A stretch of DNA of 64,000 nucleotides from an uncultured Candidatus Bathyarchaeia archaeon (GCA_964460055.1 CAYWPD010000001.1:1376-65375), one strand, 5' to 3'; positions 39,386 to 49,397 are shown, counted from the first letter of the stretch. Numbers and translations: made by a program. Notes: a model not told the origin generated them from the letters alone.

Positions 39386-40336
39386 TCATCCAAGCTGGTG
39401 GCTTTGCATTGGCATCGGTTTCGGCATGGACTCGTCTTGGTAGTAGAATGTATATGGCCCTTTCGAACATGTTGAGCCGACATTGCCTTTTGGATCCATT
39501 GCCAACACGTTAACTCTTAGTAGAACGCCGATCGGGTCCTTCAAGTCTAGTATCTCTCGGATGCCTAGGTTGCATGCTTCCTGTGCAGTTGCCCCTGCTT
39601 TCATGTATCCGACTACGGTCTTGGCGAGGCATACCCTTATGGCGAGTTCGCCTCTACCTGTGCAAGCTGCTGCTCCGTATCTGTTGTCCGCGTAGTTTCC
39701 AGCTCCTATAATCGGGGAATCTCCGACCCTTCCTGGGATTTTCCAGTCTAGTCCGCTGGTTGAGACAGCCACAGCTAGATCTCCCCATCTGTCGAGTGCA
39801 ATGACGTCGACTGTCCCGTGTTTCTCTGCCTCTTTCACGTACTTGTTGTACCAAGTGAACATCGCCTTGTCTAGGACGTCGAATTCTGAGCCCCGCGCGC
39901 CCGCGCGCTCGGCTGATTTAGTCTCACCGCTATGCGATATCCAATCTTTGTGCATTTTCTTCGATTCTTCTGTGAGAAGTTCGGTTCTCTCGAATCCCAT
40001 CAGGTCTGCGAAGAGGTCCGCACCTTCGCCCACCAACATAGCGTGTGGCGTTGTATCCATGACTTTCCTCGCTATTGAGATCGGGTTCTTGTGGTGTCTG
40101 ACCCCTGCAACGGCGCCTGCTCGCAGTGTCTTTCCGTCCATTATTGAGGCGTCCAACTCAACTATCCCCAGCAAGTTTGGAAGGCCGCCATAGCCCACTC
40201 CATGCTCAGCCGGATCATCCTCAACAACCCTCGTACCGGCCTCAACAGCGTCCAGAGCCGTACCACCTTCAAGAAGGATCTCCATCGCCTTCGAGGCGGC
40301 TTTCTCTCCCGCCATAGATGAAATGACTTTCAACAT
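39386..40336 (-). CDS. isoaspartyl peptidase / plant-type L-asparaginase (Ntn hydrolase)
   Basis: The autoproteolytic and nucleophile region HGTVDVIALD and a GAGxxxxxG motif are present. It is 316 aa long. Confidence 0.8.
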   Translation of the reverse strand: MLKVISSMAGEKAASKAMEILLEGGTALDAVEAGTRVVEDDPAEHGVGYGGLPNLLGIVELDASIMDGKTLRAGAVAGVRHHKNPISIARKVMDTTPHAMLVGEGADLFADLMGFERTELLTEESKKMHKDWISHSGETKSAERAGARGSEFDVLDKAMFTWYNKYVKEAEKHGTVDVIALDRWGDLAVAVSTSGLDWKIPGRVGDSPIIGAGNYADNRYGAAACTGRGELAIRVCLAKTVVGYMKAGATAQEACNLGIREILDLKDPIGVLLRVNVLAMDPKGNVGSTCSKGPYTFYYQDESMPKPMPMQSHQLG

Positions 40337-40424
40337 GGCTACTTCACTTCGTATCTGAATGGCATAGAGGTCTCTGCGAGTTCAAAATGATTTCCAATTT
40401 GACGCCAGTTCGTCTCGAATATGC

Positions 40425-41672
40425 CTACTTTCCTAGGCGATAGAGATTCTCAGCGTTCTCGGAAAGGATCATGTGGGCCATTCTGTAGGCGTAGTCCTCA
40501 TCGACGGCCTCCTTCTTGACCAGTTCAGCGAGGACATCTCCTACGCTGCTCTTCCCCCACATTGCAGAGATCCAGAAGAGCTCTGGAGCCCTGTATCCGT
40601 CGGATCCATAGAGTATCTTGTTTGCCGGAGCCATCTCGAGTAGCCGGAGGAGCTTCTCACGCATCCCAATGCTTGAGTGTGGAAACATCTCTGAAACATC
40701 CACGTAGACGTTTGGATACCCGCTCGCCAGAAAGCCCGTCTCTTCGGTAAATGGGTATCCTGCATGGACGAGGACGATCTTTGCCTTTCTCAGCTCTTCA
40801 TCCACGATCATCTTGTAGAGATGGAGAGGGTTGGCAATTCTAAGATCCATCGGCGAGTCTCCAAAGCCTGTATGAATCTGAAAAGGAACTCCGAGCCGGA
40901 TGCCCTCGATTATCGCTGCGCGCAACAGGAAATCTCTGACAGTCTTCTCTTCCCTCGCGCTTAGCGGGTCCTTCTTCTTCAACGGCACAGCCAGAACTCC
41001 CCGGTCTCTAAGGCGTTCATACGCTGCAGCACTTTCTTCGACTGAGACGAACTCGACATCCAACCCTGTCCTGTACGCAATAACAGACTTGAATGCACAG
41101 TATCCTCCGTCTTTGACGGCTTTTCTCAGCTCCGCCACGTAGGTGTCTAGCATAGGCTGAAAAGGTTCTGATGCTCGGAAGAGCCTCGAGATAAGGGGTT
41201 CGATGCGGAAAATTCGGTCGGTTCGAACCTTGACCAGTTCGCTGAAGGTCTCAATGGGAACCGTGTATCCTACGTTGTCCTCAGAGGGAAAGCCCATGTC
41301 TAGGACGAGGCTATGTATCCCCGCCTCTTGGAAGAGCGTCTGTATGTAGAGTGTGGGATTCTGCTTGTATCGGCTCTCTCGAGCCGCCGCGATCGTGCGG
41401 TAGTCTTCCCTGCAGTTCAGAAAGCGCGCCATTTCCTTTAGAACCCGTCTGAAGAGGAGCGTATTCTCCACATGCCCTAATGGTAGCTCAAGGTCCGAGA
41501 GGTTGAAGAACCTGTAGAACTCTCCTTCCTCCTTCTCCGGGAGGAAGGGATGGCAGTGCGCGTCAACCACTGGAAGATTTGAGATATCCATAGAGGTCGT
41601 CTCTCTGGAGATAGTTGAGAACGAACTACAGTGAAAACTCTTTTCGTGATGGGGTCCGCTGCCCGGGGACAA
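40425..41672 (-). CDS. amidohydrolase family protein (Amidohydro_2, TIM-barrel metal-dependent hydrolase)
   Basis: An N-terminal VVDAHCHPF motif and later HTGFG and H.G..P motifs are present. The start may be the internal Met at 41591. Confidence 0.7.
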   Translation of the reverse strand: MSPGSGPHHEKSFHCSSFSTISRETTSMDISNLPVVDAHCHPFLPEKEEGEFYRFFNLSDLELPLGHVENTLLFRRVLKEMARFLNCREDYRTIAAARESRYKQNPTLYIQTLFQEAGIHSLVLDMGFPSEDNVGYTVPIETFSELVKVRTDRIFRIEPLISRLFRASEPFQPMLDTYVAELRKAVKDGGYCAFKSVIAYRTGLDVEFVSVEESAAAYERLRDRGVLAVPLKKKDPLSAREEKTVRDFLLRAAIIEGIRLGVPFQIHTGFGDSPMDLRIANPLHLYKMIVDEELRKAKIVLVHAGYPFTEETGFLASGYPNVYVDVSEMFPHSSIGMREKLLRLLEMAPANKILYGSDGYRAPELFWISAMWGKSSVGDVLAELVKKEAVDEDYAYRMAHMILSENAENLYRLGK

Positions 41673-41752
41673 TCTCTTCGCCTGATAATATGCTTGGGAG
41701 AGATGTTATCAGCGTCGGTCGCTTGATACATGTCGCAGCCAAGTGATCTGAT

Positions 41753-42916
41753 TTGAATGTCAGAGAGAGGTTCAATAGCGCGATGCGTTTCAAAGAGGCC
41801 GATCGTCTCCCCTTCTGTGAGTTTCTGGGCTATTGGATTGAGACTCGTAATCGCTGGTATGGCGAAGGGTTGCCTTGGGGATCGGAACTTGAAGACTACT
41901 TCGACTTTGATGACGGGCTGACTCCGAGCTTGGGAAGGCTAGTTCTGCGGGTCTCCTCTCCTGCCGAGGTCGCTCCTGGAAGGGAACAGATACCTCTTGA
42001 CTTCGGGCCTATTCCTCGATTCCCGGTGAAGACTCTTGAAGAGACGGAGAGGTACAGAATCGAGCGGGACGGTATGGGGATCACCCGGCGAATCATGAAA
42101 GGCCTGAGCACCCTTCCAGCGTATCTTGAAAGTCCAGTAAAGAACAAAGAAGATTTCGACAGAATGAAGACGAGATTCCGCCTCGACGGCCTCCGTAGGT
42201 ATCCTCTCTCTTGGAGCGAAGAGTTGGTCGAGCATTATCGATTCTTGGATCACCCTGTGGGAATCTCAATGCCAGGCTTCTTCGGTCAGGCTAGGCTGCT
42301 TATGGGCCTTGAAAACCTGCTGGTCGCCTTTCACAGAGATTCTGAACTGGTTTCTGAGATCATGAATTTTTGGGCAGACTTCATTCTTGAAGTCATTACG
42401 CCAGCTGTGAAGGCAGTCAGATTTGACTATGCCAACATTTGGGAGGACATGGCATACAAGAAAGGCCCCTTCATATCGCCAGCTCTCTTCAGAAGACATA
42501 TGCTGCCCTGTTATCGGAAGGTGACGGGCTTCCTGAGGCGGCATGGGGTCGAAGTGATTATGGTCGATACCGACGGGCAGGTTGAGCCGCTGGTGCCGCT
42601 ATTCATTGAGGGAGGCGTCAACTGTCTGTACCCCTTGGAGGTTCAGGCGGGCATGGACTGCTTGGATCTGAGGCAACGCTATGGGAAGAGGCTGCTGCTG
42701 ATAGGCAATATCGACAAGAGGGCGCTGATCGCGGGCAAGAACGCGGTTAACAGGGAGCTTGAGAGAGTGCTACCAAAGATGATTGAGCAGGGCGGATACA
42801 TACCAAGCATTGATCACTCGGTTCCGCCCGACGTGTCTCTAGAGAACTACAGATACTACCTCAATCTACTTCGCAAGTACCTAGGAACGACTCCGCTGAA
42901 GCATCAAGACGAATGA
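41753..42916 (+). CDS. uroporphyrinogen decarboxylase (URO-D) family protein, MtaA/CmuA-like
   Basis: A 387-aa ORF with N-terminal RERFNSAMRFKEADRLPF and overall similarity to the UroD/MtaA methyltransferase fold. Confidence 0.68.
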   Translation: MNVRERFNSAMRFKEADRLPFCEFLGYWIETRNRWYGEGLPWGSELEDYFDFDDGLTPSLGRLVLRVSSPAEVAPGREQIPLDFGPIPRFPVKTLEETERYRIERDGMGITRRIMKGLSTLPAYLESPVKNKEDFDRMKTRFRLDGLRRYPLSWSEELVEHYRFLDHPVGISMPGFFGQARLLMGLENLLVAFHRDSELVSEIMNFWADFILEVITPAVKAVRFDYANIWEDMAYKKGPFISPALFRRHMLPCYRKVTGFLRRHGVEVIMVDTDGQVEPLVPLFIEGGVNCLYPLEVQAGMDCLDLRQRYGKRLLLIGNIDKRALIAGKNAVNRELERVLPKMIEQGGYIPSIDHSVPPDVSLENYRYYLNLLRKYLGTTPLKHQDE

Positions 42917-43273
42917 TGTCTCATGGATGGGAAGGAAGCAGTCGAGAAGATCAAAGAACCGTATATATCGTTGGGCTGGCATCTCGAACTCTCAGCGTCT
43001 TTGCCAAAAACTGCCGTTCTCAGGAGCCACTGCGATAGAGGCCATCTCTGTTGCAATGACTGACGGTTTGGAGATTGTTGGCTTTAGGTACGAGGCTGAA
43101 GACTCCTTCCTGTCAGAGCCGCAGGGGCTGCGAGGGAACGTATGGGATGTTGACGCGTTACTCGGGCCGCGCGAAGACCAGAGGGCTGGATAGCGCTTTG
43201 TGGGAACGGTTCGGAGTGACATCTGCAGCGTTTGGGCTATCGGCTGATTTGTCACAATGGATATGGCTCCGGG

Positions 43274-44293
43274 CTACCGATTCCTGTCTATGGCTATTTC
43301 GGCCATATTTGCGCCGTAATCTGATATCCTCTCGATGCTATCAGTTATGATCCGGAGGTTAACCGACCCTTCGCCCTGTCTCTTAATGAGCTTCTCATTC
43401 AGCTGCGCAATCCTCGCCTCCGTTGCTTTTCTGGTCGCTATGGCCTTGTTTGCGAGCTGAACATCTTTGGCTAAGAAGGCTCTCATGGCGTCGCTGTTCA
43501 TTCTGTTCGCCTCGCGTCCTACTTGGACGATGGCCGAAAGTGTCTCCTCTTCGACCACCTCCAGATCGGTTTCAAGGATCGTCTTGCCAATCCTGAAGGC
43601 GTGGTCAGCTATCCTCTCGATAGATTTTGCGAGCATCTGGTAGTCCATCGTCTCCACAGCCTTGATGCCGAGGTTTCCCAGCATGGTCGGATTCTGAAGT
43701 GCCAAGGCGAGCTGTCTTAGTATGAGGAAGTATAGCCTGTCGACGCTTGGCTCTCTATCAATCACGTCTTCTGCCATTCTGCGGTTCTTTGTCTCAAGCG
43801 CGTTGAGGGCTGTCTCATACATTGATGAGGCTACGAGGTGGGCTCTTCTTATCGCCTTTTCGACTGTGAGTTCCTCTGGTGAGAGTAGGTCTTGGACCTC
43901 GATCGTTTTGTCTGTCTCCTCTATTACCTCGAGGCCTAAGAGGCTCGCCGCTTGGCTTGTTATTGCGCGTCTAAGCTCCATCGGTATTGATTGAGATGAT
44001 CCGAATCTGAAGATTTGGTGGCCTGCTAGATACTTGGATATAAAGATCCGTCTGAGAGACTCAGGATCCGAGTGGGCTTCTATCTTGATCTCTGCTATCT
44101 TAGGCTCGGGCTCATGCTGTGTTCCTGCCCTTATTTGGAGTGATCCGTCTGGTTGCTCTGTGACTGACAGTCTGTCGCCTGGCGTGAGTCCAAGACGTTT
44201 GCACCAGTTCTTCGGTAGTGTGATGACGAAGGATGAGGAGCCTGTGAACTGGATCTTTCTGCTCTCTGTCGCCCAGTCCTTGTCTGTGCCCAA
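43274..44293 (-). CDS. phosphate uptake regulator, PhoU-like with N-terminal AbrB/SpoVT DNA-binding domain
   Basis: The N-terminus has a swapped-hairpin pattern (KIQFTGSSSFVITLPKNWCKRLGLTPGDRLSV). The C-terminus has two PhoU repeats (E..D...D...KAIERIADHA and SIERISDYGANMAE). It is divergent from pstS. Confidence 0.75.
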   Translation of the reverse strand: MGTDKDWATESRKIQFTGSSSFVITLPKNWCKRLGLTPGDRLSVTEQPDGSLQIRAGTQHEPEPKIAEIKIEAHSDPESLRRIFISKYLAGHQIFRFGSSQSIPMELRRAITSQAASLLGLEVIEETDKTIEVQDLLSPEELTVEKAIRRAHLVASSMYETALNALETKNRRMAEDVIDREPSVDRLYFLILRQLALALQNPTMLGNLGIKAVETMDYQMLAKSIERIADHAFRIGKTILETDLEVVEEETLSAIVQVGREANRMNSDAMRAFLAKDVQLANKAIATRKATEARIAQLNEKLIKRQGEGSVNLRIITDSIERISDYGANMAEIAIDRNR

Positions 44294-44327
44294 ATGGCCG
44301 ATACCAAGTCTCTAGGAAGCGTTACAT

Positions 44328-44339
44328 ATCTATATAGAT
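44328..44339. promoter_or_regulatory. perfect 12-bp palindrome ATCTATATAGAT (TATA-like) in the divergent phoU-like regulator / pstS intergenic region
   Basis: The palindrome was read directly from the sequence. It lies 35 bp upstream of the regulator start (minus strand) and about 75 bp upstream of the chosen pstS start. Confidence 0.3.
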
Positions 44340-44414
44340 GTCGGACGGATGGATGGACTATGTCGAGAATCCTTTTATGATGTGGCGCACGTCTGTCCGC
44401 CTCGAGGAAGAATA

Positions 44415-45386
44415 ATGACGAGCAAGACACAATTGGTTGCAGTTGCGCTGGCCGCTCTCGTTATTGGCGCCGGTCTCGGATACGTCGTTGCGCTCTCATC
44501 GGGTGCAGGGGGAGAAGAGACCTCGAGAGCCCGTATAGCAGCTCTCGAAACGCAGGTTGCTGCGCTTCAGCAACAACTGCAGGAGGCGCAGAGGGCGGCA
44601 AGCGGTACACTTCAGGATAACTCCGTTGTTGTGCAGGGATCTGATACGATGCTGATACTTGCACAGCGATGGGCTGAGGAGTACAGGAAGACGCAACCGG
44701 AACTGAACATACAGGTTACCGGTGGAGGTTCGGGCACAGGTATCGCGGCCCTCATAGATGGACGCGTGGACATAGCAGACGCATCGAGGCCCATGAAACA
44801 GAGCGAAATAGATGCCATGGTTGCAAAAGGGAAGACGCCTGTGGCGTTTTCCGTGGCTCTGGACGGCGTCTCGATAATCGTCCACCCCAGCAATCCTGTC
44901 AGAGAGCTCACCTTACAACAGCTCGCGGCTATCTACGTCGGGAACTACACGAATTGGAACCAAGTTGGCGGCCCTGATCTAGGGATAACCGTCTATGGCA
45001 GACAGTCCACATCTGGTACCTACGCCTTCTTCAAGGAACACGTGATGAGCAACAAAGATTACAGAGCGGATATGCAATCGCTGGCAGGCAACTCGGACCT
45101 GGTGCAGGCGGTCTCTCAGGACCCCAGTGGCATAGCCTACGTGGGCGTAGCCTACGCTGAAAGGAGAACTGACGTGATCATCTTGGGAATCAAGAGGGAC
45201 GCCTCGTCACCAGCCGTAAGACCGACGGTGGCAACGATAAAGAGCGGAGACTATGGCATCTCAAGGCCCCTGTTCGTTATCACGAGCGGCTATCCACAAG
45301 GCAAGTTGGCAGCCTACATAGCTTGGATCCTTAGCCCCGAAGGACAGAAGGTCGCAGCTGACGAGGGCTACGTCGCCATCATCTAG
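44415..45386 (+). CDS. pstS: phosphate ABC transporter substrate-binding protein PstS
   Basis: An N-terminal membrane anchor is followed by GSDTM, GGGSGTG and other PstS motifs. The start is chosen at MTSKTQL (44415) rather than the track start at 44349. Confidence 0.8.
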   Translation: MTSKTQLVAVALAALVIGAGLGYVVALSSGAGGEETSRARIAALETQVAALQQQLQEAQRAASGTLQDNSVVVQGSDTMLILAQRWAEEYRKTQPELNIQVTGGGSGTGIAALIDGRVDIADASRPMKQSEIDAMVAKGKTPVAFSVALDGVSIIVHPSNPVRELTLQQLAAIYVGNYTNWNQVGGPDLGITVYGRQSTSGTYAFFKEHVMSNKDYRADMQSLAGNSDLVQAVSQDPSGIAYVGVAYAERRTDVIILGIKRDASSPAVRPTVATIKSGDYGISRPLFVITSGYPQGKLAAYIAWILSPEGQKVAADEGYVAII

Positions 45387-45400
45387 AAGACGACTGTCCG

Positions 45401-46309
45401 ATGAGGCTCAAGAAACCACCTGCTCCAAGAACTTCGCTCAGCAGGACTCTCGTTGAGCGGCTTGCCAAGAGCCTCTTCTTTCTCTGCTCAGTGATAGTAA
45501 TACTCGTTACACTGCTCATCACGCTATTCCTCTTCAGGGAAGGGCTGCCAGCGCTCCTGCACGTCCCCATCTGGGACATATTCGCCGGTACCATTTGGCA
45601 GCCACCAGCTGAGGTCCCTAAATTCGGCGTATTACCGCTCATGGTGGGCTCAGCCGTTATCACGTTCACATCCCTCATGTTCGCGACCCCTCTGGGACTA
45701 GCGGTCGCCCTCTACCTAGCTGAGTTCAGTCGTTCACTTGAGCGAGAGGTTCTGAAGCCCCTTGTAGAATTGCTGGCAGCCGTTCCCTCGGTGGTATTCG
45801 GATTCTTCGCTCTCGTCGTCGTCAGCGGATGGATACACGGACTGTTCGGGGTGGGAACAAGGCTGAACGCTTTGAACGGAGCCGTCGTCCTTTCGTTGAT
45901 GGTGTTGCCGACAATAGCAAGCATTTCGGAGGATGCGCTGAATTCAGTGCCGAGGGATCTCAAGGAGGCTGCCTATGCCTTGGGGTCGACTAGGCTGCAG
46001 GTCCTTCGTGGAGTTGTGCTGCCCTATGCACGGAGGGGTATCGCCGTGGCAGTCCTCTTGGGATTCGGCCGCGCAATAGGTGAGACTATGGCCGTCCTCA
46101 TGGCGACGGGGAATGCTGCCGTGATAAGTCTCAGCCTTCTTACTTCGATGGAGACGATGACCGCGGCCATCGCGATCGAAATGGGTGAAGTGGTCTTCGG
46201 TTCCTTGCACTACCAGATGCTCTTCTTCTTGGGCATACTCCTCTTCCTGATCTCGAGCGCGGTGAACATATTGGCTGACCACATAATCACGAGAGGTAGG
46301 GTGGCATGA
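45401..46309 (+). CDS. pstC: phosphate ABC transporter permease PstC
   Basis: Six TM helices and an EAA-like loop (EAAYALGSTRLQVLRGVVLP) are present. It is followed by pstA with a 4-bp overlap. Confidence 0.85.
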   Translation: MRLKKPPAPRTSLSRTLVERLAKSLFFLCSVIVILVTLLITLFLFREGLPALLHVPIWDIFAGTIWQPPAEVPKFGVLPLMVGSAVITFTSLMFATPLGLAVALYLAEFSRSLEREVLKPLVELLAAVPSVVFGFFALVVVSGWIHGLFGVGTRLNALNGAVVLSLMVLPTIASISEDALNSVPRDLKEAAYALGSTRLQVLRGVVLPYARRGIAVAVLLGFGRAIGETMAVLMATGNAAVISLSLLTSMETMTAAIAIEMGEVVFGSLHYQMLFFLGILLFLISSAVNILADHIITRGRVA

Positions 46310-47157
46310 AGGAGCGGCTTCGAGAGTCCTTGGTGGTCCTCGGCCTGAGGTCCGCGGTCTTCGTGGCACTGGCTGGTCTTTTGGGAGTTCTCTTCGATAT
46401 TGTATCAAAGGGCGCCGGAGTTCTCAGTTGGAAGTTCTTGACGGAGCCGCCGATGGCGGGCATGACCGAGGGAGGCATCTTCCCGGCTATTATCGGCTCG
46501 GTCTACTTGGTTACGCTATCACTTGTGGCGTCTGTGCCTATTGGAGTTCTCTCGGCCATATATCTTGCGGAATACACGAAGCAGAGTCGCTTCACGCGAA
46601 TTGTGGACGTCTCGATCAGGAATCTTGCGGGAACACCTTCTATAGTCTTCGGTCTTTTCGGCCTCGGCCTCTTTGTCAACTTCCTCGGATTCAGGCAGTC
46701 TCTTCTGTCTGGAGCTCTGACTTTGGCTTGTATGTCTTTGCCAGTAATAATCACGGCTAGCCGGGAGGCATTGTTGACTGTACCCAACGAGTTCAGGGAA
46801 GCCGCCTACGCTCTTGGAGCGACGAAGCTTCAAGTGGTTCGGAGGGTGGTCGTGCCGAACGCGCTGGCGGGCATATTAACTGGGATTGTCCTCTCTTCGT
46901 CTAGGGTGATCGGAGAGACTGCGCCCATAATGCTGACTGCTGCAGCGTTCTACACTCCATCGCTCCCTTCGTCGTTCTTTGACAGAGTCATGGCGCTGCC
47001 TTTCCATCTATTTGTGATGGCTACCCAGTCTGCTAATCCATTGAAGACCGCGCCGATCCAGTACGGCACGGCCCTCGTGTTGATTCTTATTGCAGTTGGC
47101 TTGAACGCAACTGCCTTGTTTGTAAGGGCTAGGCGCAGGAGGATCAAAGCATGGTGA
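46306..47157 (+). CDS. pstA: phosphate ABC transporter permease PstA
   Basis: An EAA loop, [20 protein letters not shown], is present. It overlaps pstC by 4 bp and pstB by 7 bp. Confidence 0.85.
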   Translation: MKERLRESLVVLGLRSAVFVALAGLLGVLFDIVSKGAGVLSWKFLTEPPMAGMTEGGIFPAIIGSVYLVTLSLVASVPIGVLSAIYLAEYTKQSRFTRIVDVSIRNLAGTPSIVFGLFGLGLFVNFLGFRQSLLSGALTLACMSLPVIITASREALLTVPNEFREAAYALGATKLQVVRRVVVPNALAGILTGIVLSSSRVIGETAPIMLTAAAFYTPSLPSSFFDRVMALPFHLFVMATQSANPLKTAPIQYGTALVLILIAVGLNATALFVRARRRRIKAW

Positions 47158-47912
47158 TGTTCCCGAAGATCGAGGTGAAGGAACTCAGGGTCAGCTATGG
47201 AGAGAAGCTGGTGCTCAAGGGGATAACACTCACAATCCCTCGAAACGAGATCACGGCAATCATTGGCCCCTCAGGCTGCGGTAAGTCCACGTTGATCAAG
47301 GCGTTGAATAGGATGGTGGAGCTTGTCCCAGAAGCGAAGGTCGGTGGGCAGGTGTTTCTTGACGGTGAGGACATCTATGCGCCGGATGTCGATGCTGTCA
47401 CGATTCGCAGGAGGATAGGCATGGTGTTTCAGAAACCCAACCCCTTCCCCTCATCGATCTATCACAACGTAGCGTTCGGGCCGAGGATTCTTGGCGTGAA
47501 TGATCGTGCGAAGCTGGATGACGTTGTCCAAGAGAGTCTTGTTAGAGCCAACTTATGGGATGAGACGAAAGACAGGCTGAGGGAGAACGCCTTATCACTT
47601 TCGGGTGGGCAGCAGCAGAGGCTCTGTATAGCCCGGGCTTTGGCGACGAATCCGGAAGTCTTGCTTCTGGACGAACCGGCGTCAGCGCTGGATCCGATCT
47701 CGACGGCGAAGGTGGAGGATCTCCTCAGGGATCTCAAGAGGGAGGTCACAATAGTCCTAGTGACACATAATATGCAGCAGGCGATAAGAGTCTCGGATAG
47801 GACTGGTTTCATGTTGCTTGGAGAGCTTGTGGAGTTCAAACCTACATCGGAGCTCTTCGATCATCCCAGCGACAGTAGGACGGAGGCCTACATTACTGGG
47901 AAGTTCGGCTAG
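47151..47912 (+). CDS. pstB: phosphate ABC transporter ATP-binding protein PstB
   Basis: Walker A (GPSGCGKST), signature LSGGQQQRL and Walker [12 protein letters not shown] are present. It is 253 aa long. Confidence 0.9.
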   Translation: MVMFPKIEVKELRVSYGEKLVLKGITLTIPRNEITAIIGPSGCGKSTLIKALNRMVELVPEAKVGGQVFLDGEDIYAPDVDAVTIRRRIGMVFQKPNPFPSSIYHNVAFGPRILGVNDRAKLDDVVQESLVRANLWDETKDRLRENALSLSGGQQQRLCIARALATNPEVLLLDEPASALDPISTAKVEDLLRDLKREVTIVLVTHNMQQAIRVSDRTGFMLLGELVEFKPTSELFDHPSDSRTEAYITGKFG

Positions 47913-47936
47913 GCGTCTCTGGGAGGATATGAATGT

Positions 47937-48638
47937 ATGAGTGCTGCGGATAGGCACTATGTGAAGGCGTTCGACGAAGAGTTGGAGAAGCTTAAGTCCT
48001 CAACGTACAGGATGGCTCAGATCGCGGATATGCAGCTGGCGAATGCTATGGAAGCTCTCAGGAGAATGGACCGTGAGCTGGCGGAGAATGTGATCGATGC
48101 GGACGATGGGGTCGATCATGTTGAGTACTCTGTTGAGAATCTGTGTGTGGAGCTTCTCGCTAGAATGCAGCCGCTCGCCGGTGACCTTCGGGTGATTACG
48201 ACTACGCTCAAAATCGTCACAGATTTGGATAGGATAAGCGACTACAGCGTCGACGTTGCCCTTAGGGTCAAGGAGCTGAAAACATCTTTCCCCGAGCCAG
48301 TATACAGCAGGCTGGTGGAGATGGCGTCTCTCTCGAGGGAGATGCTGAAGAGGGTTATGCAAGCCTATGTATCGCGCAAGCTCGACGGGCTGGGCGACGA
48401 GATCACTGGGAAGGAGGAGCATGTAGATGACATCTTCCATGAGTTCGTCTCTCAGCCATTGCTCGGATTTCCAGAAGGAAAGATCGACCATCTTCAGGTT
48501 GTGAGCGCGGTTCTCGTGTCGAAGTACTTAGAGAGGGTCGCCGACCACTGTGTGAACATAGCATCTAGGATATATTACGCAGTTGAGGGGAAGAGGATAA
48601 ACCTGAATATCAGAACCCCTGGAATCGTGAGAGCTTAG
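47937..48638 (+). CDS. phoU: phosphate transport system regulator PhoU
   Basis: Two PhoU repeats are present (DLDRISDYSVDVA and YLERVADHCVNIA). It is 233 aa long and sits directly after pstB. Confidence 0.85.
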   Translation: MSAADRHYVKAFDEELEKLKSSTYRMAQIADMQLANAMEALRRMDRELAENVIDADDGVDHVEYSVENLCVELLARMQPLAGDLRVITTTLKIVTDLDRISDYSVDVALRVKELKTSFPEPVYSRLVEMASLSREMLKRVMQAYVSRKLDGLGDEITGKEEHVDDIFHEFVSQPLLGFPEGKIDHLQVVSAVLVSKYLERVADHCVNIASRIYYAVEGKRINLNIRTPGIVRA

Positions 48639-48682
48639 AAAAGCAACTCGCGGAAACTCGTGACGTACTTGTGAGTTCTCGT

Positions 48683-48734
48683 CTCTCGTCTCCGGATGCA
48701 GTGGGGATGGCGATCTGCATTTCGCAGACGAGAG
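48683..48734 (+). terminator. two-tier imperfect hairpin downstream of phoU (possible terminator or structured RNA element)
   Basis: A 9-bp outer stem, CTCTCGTCT (48683-48691) / AGACGAGAG (48726-48734), and a 6-bp inner stem, ATGCAG (48696-48701) / CTGCAT (48715-48720), sit 45 bp after the phoU stop. No T-tract follows. Confidence 0.22.
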
Positions 48735-48965
48735 TTCATGATGGTTAGAAATTGCTGTCGTACGTTAACGTCACAAAAGAGTCTAGATTCTAGCTTATAT
48801 TCGCGAATGGAGCTCAAATGCATTCAAAAGGGCGGTCCGAAAAGCATTGGAAACTTCCCGGTATAGCACGGCAAGCAGTATGGATAGATGTGTAGAGATC
48901 AGGGATGCTTGATTCCTCACACAGGTTTCGGGCCATTGGTATGCCCGGTCTAAAGGTGAGATCGG

Positions 48966-49397
48966 ATGACGAGGCAGTGTAAGATATGCTCCCTCAACCC
49001 TGTCATAACCTCGTGGGTTGAGGCGCTGCTCAAGCAGGGTTACTCATGTCGTACGATGCAGGCGATCTTGGCTGATCGTGGTATCGAGGTTTCATATCGT
49101 TCGATCCACAGACACAAGGGCCACATGGAGCTGAAGGAGAAGATACAGCGCCTCATGTTGGAAATAACAAGGCAAAGTGGGAGGAGAAGGCCACCGCTGA
49201 GCAGCTCCATCACGTTTCTTAGGGAGAGGATCGATCAGCTTGAGAGATGGATACAGGCTGAGGGCAGCAGAGCTCCTGAAAGAGCCATCAAACGGTTAGT
49301 AGAACTGCGCGAACTGCTCAGCAAGTATGAAGAGGTTGCCCTTATGTTCGAGAGACACGGTATGTCTTTCGAGCGCAAACGCGTCAGATTTCTCTAA
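48966..49397 (+). CDS. hypothetical basic protein (possible DNA-binding, N-terminal CxxC)
   Basis: A 143-aa Arg/Lys-rich ORF with N-terminal CKIC and a C-terminal helical region. No family is assigned. Confidence 0.4.
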   Translation: MTRQCKICSLNPVITSWVEALLKQGYSCRTMQAILADRGIEVSYRSIHRHKGHMELKEKIQRLMLEITRQSGRRRPPLSSSITFLRERIDQLERWIQAEGSRAPERAIKRLVELRELLSKYEEVALMFERHGMSFERKRVRFL

